Assembly: GCA_943330925.2 (NCBI GenBank)
Contig: CALQJP020000001.1
Coordinates: 1 to 35,448, forward strand
Origin: Chryseobacterium gleum
GTDB taxonomy: Bacteria > Bacteroidota > Bacteroidia > Flavobacteriales_D > Sanyastnellaceae
DNA: 35,448 bases
Direction: 5' to 3'
Below the pieces are notes generated by a model. That model did not search any database. It worked only from the letters and a program-made list of their open reading frames with translations, and was not told the origin of the DNA. Within the stretch, counting starts at the first letter, position 1. The number at the start of each line of letters is the position of its first letter. Made by a program: the position numbers and the translations under genes. Below, piece by piece: positions 6,500 to 15,103 of the stretch.

Positions 6500-8788
6500 A
6501 TGAGATTCCGTTTCTTGGCAGTGACAGCGCTTTTTGTATTTGCGTTAAATCAAGACGATGTTCATGCGCAATCGCCTGCGCAATTTGAAAAGTTTGGTGA
6601 TAAAGCCGTTGCGGACCGCAATGCATGGGACGAAGCATTCGGGTATTATAAACAGGCATATGCGCTTGATAGTAGTTCACTCACGCTTCGAAGAAAATTG
6701 GCCGATGCAGCGCGTGAAGTCAAATACTATCCGCTGGCGTATAGGCTCTACACTCAGAATTACCAGATTGATGAAGGCGTGTCGGACCCCAATGCACTCT
6801 TCTACATGGCTTCGCTTGAAAAGACGATGGGCCGTTATGAGGATGCGCAGCGCAATTATAAAAAGTTTATCAAGAAATATAAAGCAACGGCAGAGCGACA
6901 ATTGGTGGAGACCGCTTCACACGAGGTGAAGGCATCGCAATGGGCGTTGAATAATCAGGACAAGCAAGAGAAGCCCGATAGCTTATTGAAGGTAATGCTC
7001 GGACCTGATTGTTTCGATGTGAAATGGAAGAAATCGAAATTGCCGGAAAACATTGTTGGCAGCACCAGTGAGCTGGCACCATTACAAGTGCAAACGAGTT
7101 TCTACTTTTCAGACTACGTAGATAATAAATGGCGCATTCGCACGGCAGAAGTGTTGTATGATAGTGTGCGCACGGAGGCGAATGCTCCTACATTCCAAAA
7201 CATACGCGAGGTGCGCGGATTGCCTGTTGCAGAAGGCTCACAAGCCAATTTTTCGCAGGTGGGCGACCGCGTGTATTTCAGTCAGGTGAATGGTTATTTC
7301 ACCCAGTTGATGACAGGAAGCTGGGACCAAGATTATATTGTAACAGCGTATGTGATGGATGCACTGAACGATGAGGGAACGATCAATACCATGCCTCATG
7401 TTGCTATGATAGATGGTGTGGAGCATTTGTTCTTTGTTTCAAATCGTGTGGGTGGTGAAGGCGGGTTGGATATTTGGTATTCGATTAATGAAAACGGGTG
7501 GCAGAAACCAAAGAATGCAGGTAAACGCTTGAACAGTGAGGGCGATGAATTGACTCCATTCTATCGCGACGGGCGGTTGTTTTTTGCAAGCGATTGGCAT
7601 AACGGATACGGAGGTTTCGATTTGTTCTATGCCAACAGGAAGGGCGAATCGTTTGACAAGCCCGTGAACATGGGGAAAACGTACAACTCCACATTCAATG
7701 AGCTTTCGCCGTCGGTTGCCGTGTCGAAGCCGGATGGCCGATGCAATGTCTATTTTGCTTCCAACAAGCCCGATAGCCTGGAGTATGAGTCGGCGTGTTG
7801 CAATGATTTGTATGTGGTGAGTGCAGTGATGGAACTTGGCGAGAATAAAATCGACAGCACCTCATCGGTTCTGAATAGATTGATGAGTGAATTGCCTGTT
7901 GTACTGTATTTCCACAACGATGAGCCCAATCCGAAATCGCTCGATACAGCAACTGCGCTTTCTTATCTTGATGCTTATAACTCTTACATCGCTCTGAAGG
8001 ATGAATACATCCGTGAAAACGGGAAAGGACTCGAGGGTGAAATGAAGGAAGACAAGGAGCAGATAACAAATGATTTCTTTGAACTGAAGGTAGACAAAGG
8101 GGCGAATGACTTACGTCGTTTTTCGCATGCTTTGTTGGATGAACTAAATGCCGGCAGAAGTTTCCGTTTGTATGTGAGAGGCTTTGCCAGTCCTCGAGCC
8201 AAGTCCGATTATAATTTGAATTTGACAAAGCGACGCACTGCCAGTTTGGTGAACTTCCTTAAGGCAGATAGCGGCGGAGTATTCCTTCCTTATCTGAATG
8301 ACCAGGCAGTCAATGGCGCTAAGTTGGAAGTGGTGTTGTTGCCTTTTGGTGAGTTGAAGGCCAATCAAACCGTGAGCGATAATCTGGGCGATGAGCGCAA
8401 TTCAATTTACAACAGAGCCGCATGCATGGAGCGAAGAATCGAAATTGAAGAGGTGATTTCAATTGTTCCTACCGAGCGCAAAGCGGTGTTGGAGCTTAGT
8501 GAGCCGGGCGTCGATTTCGGTATCATTCCCCGCACGGGTGGGGTTGAACATGAGTTCTTGTTGTGCAATAGCGGCAACATTCCGATGGTAATTGACAGTG
8601 TTACTGCGGAATGTGGTTGTACTACGCCCACGCTGGATAAGAACATTGTATTGCCCGGAGAGTTTGCCACCCTGGTGGTTGGGTTTAATCCGCTATCACG
8701 TCAGGGCAAAGACATCAAGGAAGTGTATGTGCACATAGCAGGGGAGAAGCCGCGAGTTATCGTACTCGAGGCAGAGAGAAGGAAGTAG
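6500..8788 (+). CDS. Multidomain envelope protein: signal peptide, TPR-like, PD40/TolB-like repeats, OmpA-like region and C-terminal DUF1573
   Basis: ATG at 6500 (MRFRFLAVTALFVFAL). PD40-like GDELTPFY and NELSPSV repeats. OmpA-like GFASPRAKSDYNLNLTKRRTASLVNFL. DUF1573-like FLLCNSGNIPMVIDSVTAECGCTTP...GEFATLVVGFNP. Confidence 0.7.
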   Translation: MRFRFLAVTALFVFALNQDDVHAQSPAQFEKFGDKAVADRNAWDEAFGYYKQAYALDSSSLTLRRKLADAAREVKYYPLAYRLYTQNYQIDEGVSDPNALFYMASLEKTMGRYEDAQRNYKKFIKKYKATAERQLVETASHEVKASQWALNNQDKQEKPDSLLKVMLGPDCFDVKWKKSKLPENIVGSTSELAPLQVQTSFYFSDYVDNKWRIRTAEVLYDSVRTEANAPTFQNIREVRGLPVAEGSQANFSQVGDRVYFSQVNGYFTQLMTGSWDQDYIVTAYVMDALNDEGTINTMPHVAMIDGVEHLFFVSNRVGGEGGLDIWYSINENGWQKPKNAGKRLNSEGDELTPFYRDGRLFFASDWHNGYGGFDLFYANRKGESFDKPVNMGKTYNSTFNELSPSVAVSKPDGRCNVYFASNKPDSLEYESACCNDLYVVSAVMELGENKIDSTSSVLNRLMSELPVVLYFHNDEPNPKSLDTATALSYLDAYNSYIALKDEYIRENGKGLEGEMKEDKEQITNDFFELKVDKGANDLRRFSHALLDELNAGRSFRLYVRGFASPRAKSDYNLNLTKRRTASLVNFLKADSGGVFLPYLNDQAVNGAKLEVVLLPFGELKANQTVSDNLGDERNSIYNRAACMERRIEIEEVISIVPTERKAVLELSEPGVDFGIIPRTGGVEHEFLLCNSGNIPMVIDSVTAECGCTTPTLDKNIVLPGEFATLVVGFNPLSRQGKDIKEVYVHIAGEKPRVIVLEAERRK

Positions 8789-8976
8789 GGACGCACTGCC
8801 GTGCGTCCACCATTCGCACTGCCGTGCGTCCACCATTCGCACTGCCGTGCGTCCACCATTCGCACTGCCGTGCGTCCACCATTCGCACTGCCGTGCGTCC
8901 ACCATTCGCACTGCTGTGCGTCCACCATTCGCACTGCTGTGCAGTCCAACATTCGCACTGCCGTGCGTCCACCATT
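8789..8976. repeat. Spacer-less tandem array of eight 23-bp units (CGCACTGCCGTGCGTCCACCATT) seeded by a REP hairpin
   Basis: Unit boundaries are 8792, 8815, 8838, 8861, 8884, 8907, 8930 and 8954. Units 1-5 and 8 are identical, unit 6 has one C>T change, and unit 7 has that same C>T plus one further substitution and a 1-nt insertion. The full hairpin GGACGCAC-TGCC-GTGCGTCC is at 8789-8808. Confidence 0.9.
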
Positions 8977-9082
8977 AGCTCTGCAATGTCCAATATGAAC
9001 GCGCAACGAACTAGGTTGGTAAAATCCAAAGTGAATTGAAGGTGCGATTTTCTTTTATCGTCGAGATGAACATTTCGCGATA

Positions 9083-9679
9083 CTATTCCCCACCTTCCCG
9101 CTTATTAATCTCGTCGCGCAGCTGGGAGGCCTTTTCGTATTCTTCGTTTGTCAGTGCAGCGTCGAGCTGGCGTTTCAGATCGTCGATACTCGTATTTACG
9201 TCGGGAGTAGCCTCTACTTGATCGATGTCCATCTCGGGGTCATCGAGTTGCATACCCGTATCTTCTTCACCACTCACGCCGGCCGTTTCGATGATAAACT
9301 CGTAACAGTAAATAGGGCAGTTGAAGCGAACGGCAATGGCCACAGCATCGCTGGTGCGGGCATCGATTTCGGCGGTTTTCCCATTCATACTGGCAATTAA
9401 CTTGGCGAAGAAAATACCTTCCACGAGGTTGTATATGAGTACTTCCTCAACTTCGATGTTGAAGGAATGCGACAGGCTTCTGAAAAGATCGTGGGTGAGC
9501 GGGCGGCTCGGTGTCATTTTCTCGAGCTCAATGGCAATGGCCTGAGCTTCCACACCGCCAATGACAATGGGAAGACGGCGTATACCCTCTGTTTCCGCGA
9601 GCACCATGGTGTAAGCACCACTGGTACTTCCACTGGGCTGGATATTGGCTATTTGAAGTTCGATTTTGTTCTTGTTCAT
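9083..9679 (-). CDS. Bifunctional nuclease family protein (DUF151) with a C-terminal UVR motif
   Basis: The N-terminal sequence ...YTMVLAETEGIRRLPIVIGGVEAQAIAIELEKMTPSRPLTHDLF is typical of BFN proteins. The tail LKRQLDAALTNEEYEKASQLRDEI resembles the UvrB/UvrC interaction motif. Confidence 0.8.
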   Translation of the reverse strand: MNKNKIELQIANIQPSGSTSGAYTMVLAETEGIRRLPIVIGGVEAQAIAIELEKMTPSRPLTHDLFRSLSHSFNIEVEEVLIYNLVEGIFFAKLIASMNGKTAEIDARTSDAVAIAVRFNCPIYCYEFIIETAGVSGEEDTGMQLDDPEMDIDQVEATPDVNTSIDDLKRQLDAALTNEEYEKASQLRDEINKREGGE

Positions 9680-9731
9680 AGAACAGAAATTCTGCAGGTG
9701 GTCTTGGTTACGCTTTCTATCAGCGAATATA

Positions 9732-9755
9732 GTTGCAAGCCCTTGGGTTTACAAC
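9732..9755 (-). terminator. Weak hairpin downstream of etfA
   Basis: GTTGCAAGCCCTTGGGTTTACAAC forms an imperfect stem of about 10 bp, 12 nt after the etfA stop. No clear U-tract follows. Confidence 0.25.
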
Positions 9756-9767
9756 TGATGTTTTGCA

Positions 9768-10721
9768 TTAGTGAGAAGCTTTGAATGCCTTGGCAGCTTC
9801 AATGATCTTGGGAAGTATTTCAAATGCATCACCCACAATTCCATAATCGGCGGCCTTGAAGAAAGGAGCTTCCGGATCTTTGTTGATGACTACAATTGTT
9901 TTGCTGCCGTTCACACCGGCCAAATGTTGTATCGCTCCGCTGATACCTACAGCGATGTACAAGTTCGGACGAATGGTAACGCCTGTCTGTCCCACGTGTT
10001 CGTGGTGAGGGCGCCATCCGATGTCGGATACAGGACGTGAGCACGCAGTGGTAGCCCCGAGTACTTTAGCCAGTTCTTCAATTGGTCCCCAATGCTCAGG
10101 GCCTTTCATGCCGCGGCCGGCACTTACTACGAGTTCTGCTTCCGGCAATGGGATTTCACCGTCTTTGTTCTCGCTTTTCACTTCTTTCACGGTGATGCGT
10201 GATGCTCCTGCGTCGAACGCAAAGGCTTCAACTGCAGCGGTTGCACCTGTGTTTTTAACACCCAATGAATTGGGCAGCACTGTAATGACTTTATTGGAAG
10301 TATTGATAGCTACTTCGGCAATGGCTTTTCCACTGAATACGTTTTTGCGAACCACGAAGTCGGAGTTTGGCAATGCTGTTGCACCGGGTACAAGACCGGC
10401 GTCGAGGCGAGCTGCAACGCGTGGCGCAATCATCTTTCCGCCTATGTCGTGTGAGAAGATGATTACATGGGCACCCGTCTGAGCTGCAGCTGAAAGCACG
10501 AGCTTGCTCATGATTTGCGAGTCGCTCGAAGGAGCATTAGCAACCAATACTTTTGAAGCACCGGCATTTCCCAATCCACCGTCGCCGTTGATGGTTCCGC
10601 AGGTAATGGCAATGGCATCGGTGCCGAGCATAGCCGCTACTTCTGCGCCATAACCAACTGCTTCCAGGGCGCTTTTCGGGAATTTTCCGTTGTGGTTTTC
10701 TGCGTATATAAGAACTGACAT
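9768..10721 (-). CDS. etfA: Electron transfer flavoprotein subunit alpha
   Basis: 317 aa. The C-terminal FAD-binding block ...RPVSDIGWRPHHEHVGQTGVTIRPNLYIAVGISGAIQHLAG... is diagnostic. Confidence 0.9.
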   Translation of the reverse strand: MSVLIYAENHNGKFPKSALEAVGYGAEVAAMLGTDAIAITCGTINGDGGLGNAGASKVLVANAPSSDSQIMSKLVLSAAAQTGAHVIIFSHDIGGKMIAPRVAARLDAGLVPGATALPNSDFVVRKNVFSGKAIAEVAINTSNKVITVLPNSLGVKNTGATAAVEAFAFDAGASRITVKEVKSENKDGEIPLPEAELVVSAGRGMKGPEHWGPIEELAKVLGATTACSRPVSDIGWRPHHEHVGQTGVTIRPNLYIAVGISGAIQHLAGVNGSKTIVVINKDPEAPFFKAADYGIVGDAFEILPKIIEAAKAFKASH

Positions 10722-10745
10722 AATCTTGAATTCTGTGCGTTGAAC

Positions 10746-11486
10746 TTAGATGGCTTTGGCTTCTTCGTGAAGCAACTGAATAAGGCTTCCTGCATTTTCG
10801 GCATCGATGTATTTGCAACCGCTCTTAGCCGGAGGCAGCGCGTAGCTCTTCACCGATGTCGCAACTTCTGCCGCTGCCGCGGGAACAACTTCCAGCGGCT
10901 TTGTGCGGGCAGCCATGATACCGCGCATGTTCGGAATGCGTTGTTCGGCCATGCCTTTTGCAGCACTTACCACAAACGGAGTATTTACTTCGATTACTTC
11001 TTCGCCACCTGCAACTTCGCGCTCAATGGTGGCCACATTGCCATTCATGTTGAGCTTCATAGCCAGGCTTACAAAAGGCAAATCGAGCAGTTCGGCAACC
11101 ATGCCGGGTACTACAGATCCATTGTAGTTGATGGTTTCCTTGCCACAGAAGATGATGTCGAACCCTTTGCCGTTGGCATAGGCCGCTATCTGCTTGGCTA
11201 CATACAATGAATCGCTTTCAGCTGCATCAATGCGCACGGCTTCGTCGGCACCAATGGCCAACGCCTTGCGAATGATGGGCTCATAGTCGGCGCCGCCTAC
11301 CGAGAGAATCGTGACGCTTCCGCCACCGGTCTCTTTCAACTCAAGGGCACGCACCAGGGCATACCATTCGTCGTAGGGGTTAACAATGAATTGGACACCG
11401 TTCTCATCGAACTTGCTTCCACCGTCGGTAAAAGCAATTTTGGAAGTAGTGTCGGGGGCTTTGCTTATGCAGACAAGAATCTTCAT
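10746..11486 (-). CDS. etfB: Electron transfer flavoprotein subunit beta
   Basis: 246 aa, beginning MKILVCISKAPDTTSKI...NPYDEWYALVRALELKE. It lies directly upstream of etfA. Confidence 0.9.
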   Translation of the reverse strand: MKILVCISKAPDTTSKIAFTDGGSKFDENGVQFIVNPYDEWYALVRALELKETGGGSVTILSVGGADYEPIIRKALAIGADEAVRIDAAESDSLYVAKQIAAYANGKGFDIIFCGKETINYNGSVVPGMVAELLDLPFVSLAMKLNMNGNVATIEREVAGGEEVIEVNTPFVVSAAKGMAEQRIPNMRGIMAARTKPLEVVPAAAAEVATSVKSYALPPAKSGCKYIDAENAGSLIQLLHEEAKAI

Positions 11487-11541
11487 GACTTGTGTAAAAA
11501 TTCGGGACGCGAAAATAGGGCGTAGCCGTCATATTTGCGTC

Positions 11542-12330
11542 ATGGATAGAAAGACTCTTGTAAACCATATTCGCCAGCGCAAGTCTTGTTTGTGCGTTGG
11601 CCTGGATACCGACCCATCGAAAATCCCTGCGGGCATGGATGTTTTAAGCTTCAACAAGGCCATAATCGATGCCACACGCGACTATTGCGTGGCCTACAAG
11701 CCCAACCTGGCTTTTTACGAAGTGCTCGGGGCAAAAGGGTGGGATATTCTAGCCGAAACGGTTGAATACATCGGAAAGGAGCATTTTACGATTGCCGACG
11801 CCAAGCGCGGCGACATTGGCAATACATCGGGCTATTATGCTAAGACGTTTTTCGATACCTATGGCTTTGATAGCGTGACGGTGGCACCCTACATGGGCCG
11901 CGACTCCGTCGAGCCTTTCCTTGCTCACAGAGATAAATGGGCCATTGTGCTTGCCCTGACGTCCAATGCGGGAGCGTTCGATTTCGAGACGCTTTCAGCG
12001 GAAGGCAAGCCGGTGTACACGCACGTTTTGGAGAAATGTTCGCAGTGGGGTACACCGGAAAACACCATGTATGTAGTAGGAGCAACACGTGCCGAGTTGC
12101 TTGCTGAAATACGCAAGGTGGTGCCCAGTCATTTTCTTTTGGTGCCCGGCGTTGGCGCACAGGGCGGAAGTTTGGAAGAGGTGATGCAGCACGGTATGAA
12201 CGAAGATATTGGCTTACTCATCAATGCATCGCGCAGCATCCTGTATGCCTCATCAGGGCCTGATTTTGCCGAGGCAGCAGCAGCGGAGGCTAGCTCCATG
12301 CAGCAGGGCATGGCGCACTTTATCGTTTAG
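11542..12330 (+). CDS. pyrF: Orotidine-5'-phosphate decarboxylase (long, type 2 form)
   Basis: MDRKTLVNHIRQRKSCLCVGLDTDPSKIP..., AYKPNLAFYE, ADAKRGDIGNTS, PGVGAQGG. I trimmed the start because the track's ORF 11386.. overlaps etfB. Confidence 0.85.
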   Translation: MDRKTLVNHIRQRKSCLCVGLDTDPSKIPAGMDVLSFNKAIIDATRDYCVAYKPNLAFYEVLGAKGWDILAETVEYIGKEHFTIADAKRGDIGNTSGYYAKTFFDTYGFDSVTVAPYMGRDSVEPFLAHRDKWAIVLALTSNAGAFDFETLSAEGKPVYTHVLEKCSQWGTPENTMYVVGATRAELLAEIRKVVPSHFLLVPGVGAQGGSLEEVMQHGMNEDIGLLINASRSILYASSGPDFAEAAAAEASSMQQGMAHFIV

Positions 12331-12340
12331 GATTTTTTCT

Positions 12341-12510
12341 CCCACGATTAAAATCGTGGGCTGTCGATTAAAATCGTGGGCTGTCGATTGAAAACGTGGG
12401 CTATCTAGTCGCGCATCCAATTCATATCGTCGATTAGCGGCCTGCAACAGCCCACCGCTTCAGCGGTGGGATTCAATAGAGGTGTGCTGATCAACGATTG
12501 AAATCGTGGG
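12341..12510. repeat. Second hairpin-repeat family: 20-bp units around CGATTRAAAWCGTGGG
   Basis: Three tandem copies lie at 12341-12360 (perfect palindrome CCCACGATT-AA-AATCGTGGG), 12361-12380 and 12381-12400. A fourth copy, TCAACGATTGAAATCGTGGG, is at 12491-12510. Confidence 0.8.
12451..12470 (-). terminator. Perfect 9-bp hairpin downstream of the acyltransferase gene
   Basis: CCCACCGCT-TC-AGCGGTGGG lies 20 nt past the stop of the minus-strand gene. No U-tract follows, so intrinsic-terminator function is uncertain. Confidence 0.3.
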
Positions 12511-13558
12511 CCGTTCGTTCGCGCTGAAGTTTCCCCTTCAACCATTTGCTAGCCTTCACCTCAGCCACGTAGTGAATTGCAGCCGCAAGAGCGATACTTG
12601 CAGGAAGAGCGATAAGTAATGAAGCCTGCCAAAGCGACATTTCATATTTCCACATAAAGTATGGAATGATGAGGTTGATGCTGAGGTATTGATGGGTGAG
12701 ATAAAGTGGATAGGATATTTTCCCGAAGAACAGCGTTACAGGATTGGCAATTCGCTCGAGTTTTCCGGAGACGAATAGAAAAAAGACACTGAAAAAAAGA
12801 GCCAGTACAACAAGGTATTCGGCCTGACTCATGTGTTTGCATGCCCTCCACGTATGCGGGAAAAGAGCCATTTGCGCAACGAATGCTATCGCGATTCCGG
12901 CGAAGAAAATTCTATTGTCGAGCGTACGTGTGTATTTGCCATAGAACACTATGCCGGCAAAGAATAAGGGGAAGTGGTAGAGCAAAGGGACTTTCATGAA
13001 AATCTCTTTTACCCAGTGAGTAGTGTCGACTGTAAATGCTGCTGCGGTCAGGGCAATGCAAATTGTGGCTCCGATGGCATGGATACGGCCCAGTTGACGG
13101 AAGAAGAAAAGGCATCCCATAAACACATAGAAAATCATCTCTACGATCATCGTCCAGTAAGGTCCTTCCAAATCAGGGATTCTCAGATAATACTGAAACA
13201 TAGTGAGGTTACCCAGCAATGCAACGGCCGGCCTTTCGATGGGGTATTTCTGTGTGTAGTGGAAATGGATGCTGATGATGGCAAACGAGAACAAGACCCC
13301 CATCCAGTAGGCGGGGTAGAGGCGCGTGAATCGATTGACAATGAATGTTCGCAGGCTATCGGCCTTCTGAAGACTCATGAAGATGACGAAGCCACTTATG
13401 ATGAAAAATAAATCGACGCCGGTTGTGCCGAAGCGAAAAACCTTATCATAGCCATCATGGTGCAGTGTAAAGTGAAAGAACACCACCGCCATTGCGGCAA
13501 TACCGCGAAGGGCATCGAGTGGCCGAAGCCGCGAGGTTGAGGTGTTGGATGCTGTCAT
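12491..13558 (-). CDS. Acyltransferase family 3 (OafA/YrhL-like membrane O-acyltransferase)
   Basis: MTASNTSTSRLRPLDALRGIAAMAVVFFHF... followed by about 10 hydrophobic segments. I chose the internal Met at 13558. The final codons TAHDFNR and the stop lie inside a repeat copy. Confidence 0.8.
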   Translation of the reverse strand: MTASNTSTSRLRPLDALRGIAAMAVVFFHFTLHHDGYDKVFRFGTTGVDLFFIISGFVIFMSLQKADSLRTFIVNRFTRLYPAYWMGVLFSFAIISIHFHYTQKYPIERPAVALLGNLTMFQYYLRIPDLEGPYWTMIVEMIFYVFMGCLFFFRQLGRIHAIGATICIALTAAAFTVDTTHWVKEIFMKVPLLYHFPLFFAGIVFYGKYTRTLDNRIFFAGIAIAFVAQMALFPHTWRACKHMSQAEYLVVLALFFSVFFLFVSGKLERIANPVTLFFGKISYPLYLTHQYLSINLIIPYFMWKYEMSLWQASLLIALPASIALAAAIHYVAEVKASKWLKGKLQRERTAHDFNR

Positions 13559-13573
13559 TGATTCGAAGACTTG

Positions 13574-13581
13574 CAAAACTA
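13574..13581 (-). promoter_or_regulatory. Candidate Bacteroidota -7 box (TAGTTTTG) for the acyltransferase gene
   Basis: Exact TAnnTTTG match on the minus strand, 15 nt upstream of the ATG at 13558. Confidence 0.4.
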
Positions 13582-13601
13582 CATCTTTGATTGCGTGCAA
13601 T

Positions 13602-13609
13602 TACCTTTG
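13602..13609 (+). promoter_or_regulatory. Candidate Bacteroidota -7 box (TACCTTTG) for the GT-C-like gene
   Basis: Exact TAnnTTTG match with only 4 nt between the motif and the ATG at 13614. Confidence 0.4.
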
Positions 13610-13613
13610 CCGC

Positions 13614-15044
13614 ATGAAAGCAATTTGGAGTCGACAGGCGCTGGCCGTTTTTCTTACCGCTGCGGTTTTTTACATGATCAATTTCGCAGTGAGCGAAGGG
13701 TTTAATGGCGGTGCAGATAGCATTACGCACTACCAAATTTCAAAGTATTCATGGGAGCATGATTATTTGTTGATCGACCAATGGGGCAAACCTGTATTTA
13801 CCATTCTGTTTTCTCCCATCGCACAACTGGGATTTAAAGCAGTGGTACTGGCCAACATTGCCCTTGTATTCTTGGGTGCGTTTTGGGCAATGGGCATTGC
13901 TGCGGATCTGCGAATGAAACGCCCCTGGCTGGTTGCGCTAGTCGTGTTGTGGTTGCCCGTAGTGGCGGGCAATAGCATTGCCGCACTCACCGAAATGATT
14001 TGCTCCCTGTTTTTGATTTATTACCTGCGCATGGCGCTGAAGGAGCGCTTCATACTGGGTGGCATTGTGTTGGGCTTTATGCCTTTCGCGCGCAGCGAGG
14101 GGTTTGTAATACTTGCGCTCGTTTTGCTCTTCTACGCTTTCACAGCGCGCTGGCGATACATGCCTTGGTTGCTGGTGGGTAGTTTGGTTTTCAATACGCT
14201 GGGGTATTTCATTACGGATAAGGCGCTCTGGATTTTCCAATCGAACCCCTACGTGAACACCACATTCGACATGTATGGCCACGGCACGTTTTACCATTTC
14301 TTCCAGTACGCTGTGCCGCTATTCGGAATTGCATATGTGCTCTGGCTGCTGCAGACGGTGCGCGAAGTTCCAATGGCTTTGCAGATTTGGAAAAGTCGCG
14401 ATTGGTCGTTGCACGACCAGGTGTGGGTTTGGTTGATAGCCGGCTCGGCCTGGGGCTATTTCCTGGCGCATACGGTATTGTGGTGGCAGGGCATGTGGGC
14501 ATCGCTGGGCTTGGGACGTGTCATGTTTGTGATTGCCGTGCCCATCGCGCTCATGTCGGTGAAGGGGTTGGAATGGTTGCTCGAACGGTTAACGGGTATG
14601 ATGCAGCGCGCTGTCCTTGCTACTGTAATAGTGCTTGTTATCGCAGGCCCCTTCGTAGTTCGGATGTTTTCATTCCAAGAGATTATGATATTTCCTGCTC
14701 TAGGTGAGGAGGAAAAGCAGAATGCACGCGCGGCAGAATACCTGCAAGCCAATTGCAACCCTGAAGAAACAAAGTTCTTTACGGCTCATCCCTATTTGAA
14801 TTTGTTGCTCGATGTGGATCCTTTTGATACAGGTAAAATCGAGAATCTGGATAGAGTTGGCAATGCAGTTCCTGGCGATGTTATTGTGTGGGACGGCCAC
14901 TTTGGTCCAAACGAGATGAAACTGCCTAAGGAGCAGCTGGAGGCCGATAGCTCATTGAAACTGCTCCAAGTAATACAGCCTGAGACGCTCTTCTATACCC
15001 TGAATAACTACCTCTACGAAATACGCATTTACCAAAAGCAGTAG
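13614..15044 (+). CDS. Polytopic membrane protein, GT-C-fold (ArnT/PMT-like) glycosyltransferase candidate
   Basis: 476 aa from [24 protein letters not shown], with about 11 hydrophobic segments and a soluble C-terminal domain of about 120 aa. It is adjacent to a polyprenyl-P-sugar-synthase-like GT2. The family assignment rests on architecture only. Confidence 0.5.
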   Translation: MKAIWSRQALAVFLTAAVFYMINFAVSEGFNGGADSITHYQISKYSWEHDYLLIDQWGKPVFTILFSPIAQLGFKAVVLANIALVFLGAFWAMGIAADLRMKRPWLVALVVLWLPVVAGNSIAALTEMICSLFLIYYLRMALKERFILGGIVLGFMPFARSEGFVILALVLLFYAFTARWRYMPWLLVGSLVFNTLGYFITDKALWIFQSNPYVNTTFDMYGHGTFYHFFQYAVPLFGIAYVLWLLQTVREVPMALQIWKSRDWSLHDQVWVWLIAGSAWGYFLAHTVLWWQGMWASLGLGRVMFVIAVPIALMSVKGLEWLLERLTGMMQRAVLATVIVLVIAGPFVVRMFSFQEIMIFPALGEEEKQNARAAEYLQANCNPEETKFFTAHPYLNLLLDVDPFDTGKIENLDRVGNAVPGDVIVWDGHFGPNEMKLPKEQLEADSSLKLLQVIQPETLFYTLNNYLYEIRIYQKQ

Positions 15045-15074
15045 CACAAGCAAAGGCTATTGCGCTGAACCTAT

Positions 15075-15082
15075 TACATTTG
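15075..15082 (+). promoter_or_regulatory. Candidate -7 box (TACATTTG) upstream of the small GT2 gene
   Basis: Exact TAnnTTTG match, 21 nt upstream of the ATG at 15104. Confidence 0.35.
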
Positions 15083-15103
15083 CCGCCCCAAAACCTCACC
15101 CCG

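Noticed and set aside
8789-8976. Possible CRISPR array, given its regularly repeated, partly palindromic units
   Set aside because: The 23-bp units are directly adjacent with no spacers. The unit is shorter than known CRISPR repeats, and no cas genes are nearby. It is a simple tandem repeat derived from a REP hairpin.
8696-9039. Five overlapping ORFs on both strands with repetitive translations (for example RTAVRMVDARQCEWWTHGSANGG)
   Set aside because: They exist only because the 23-bp tandem repeat lacks stop codons in several frames. The periodic peptide, the lack of sensible starts, and ORFs open in several frames on both strands mark them as artefacts.
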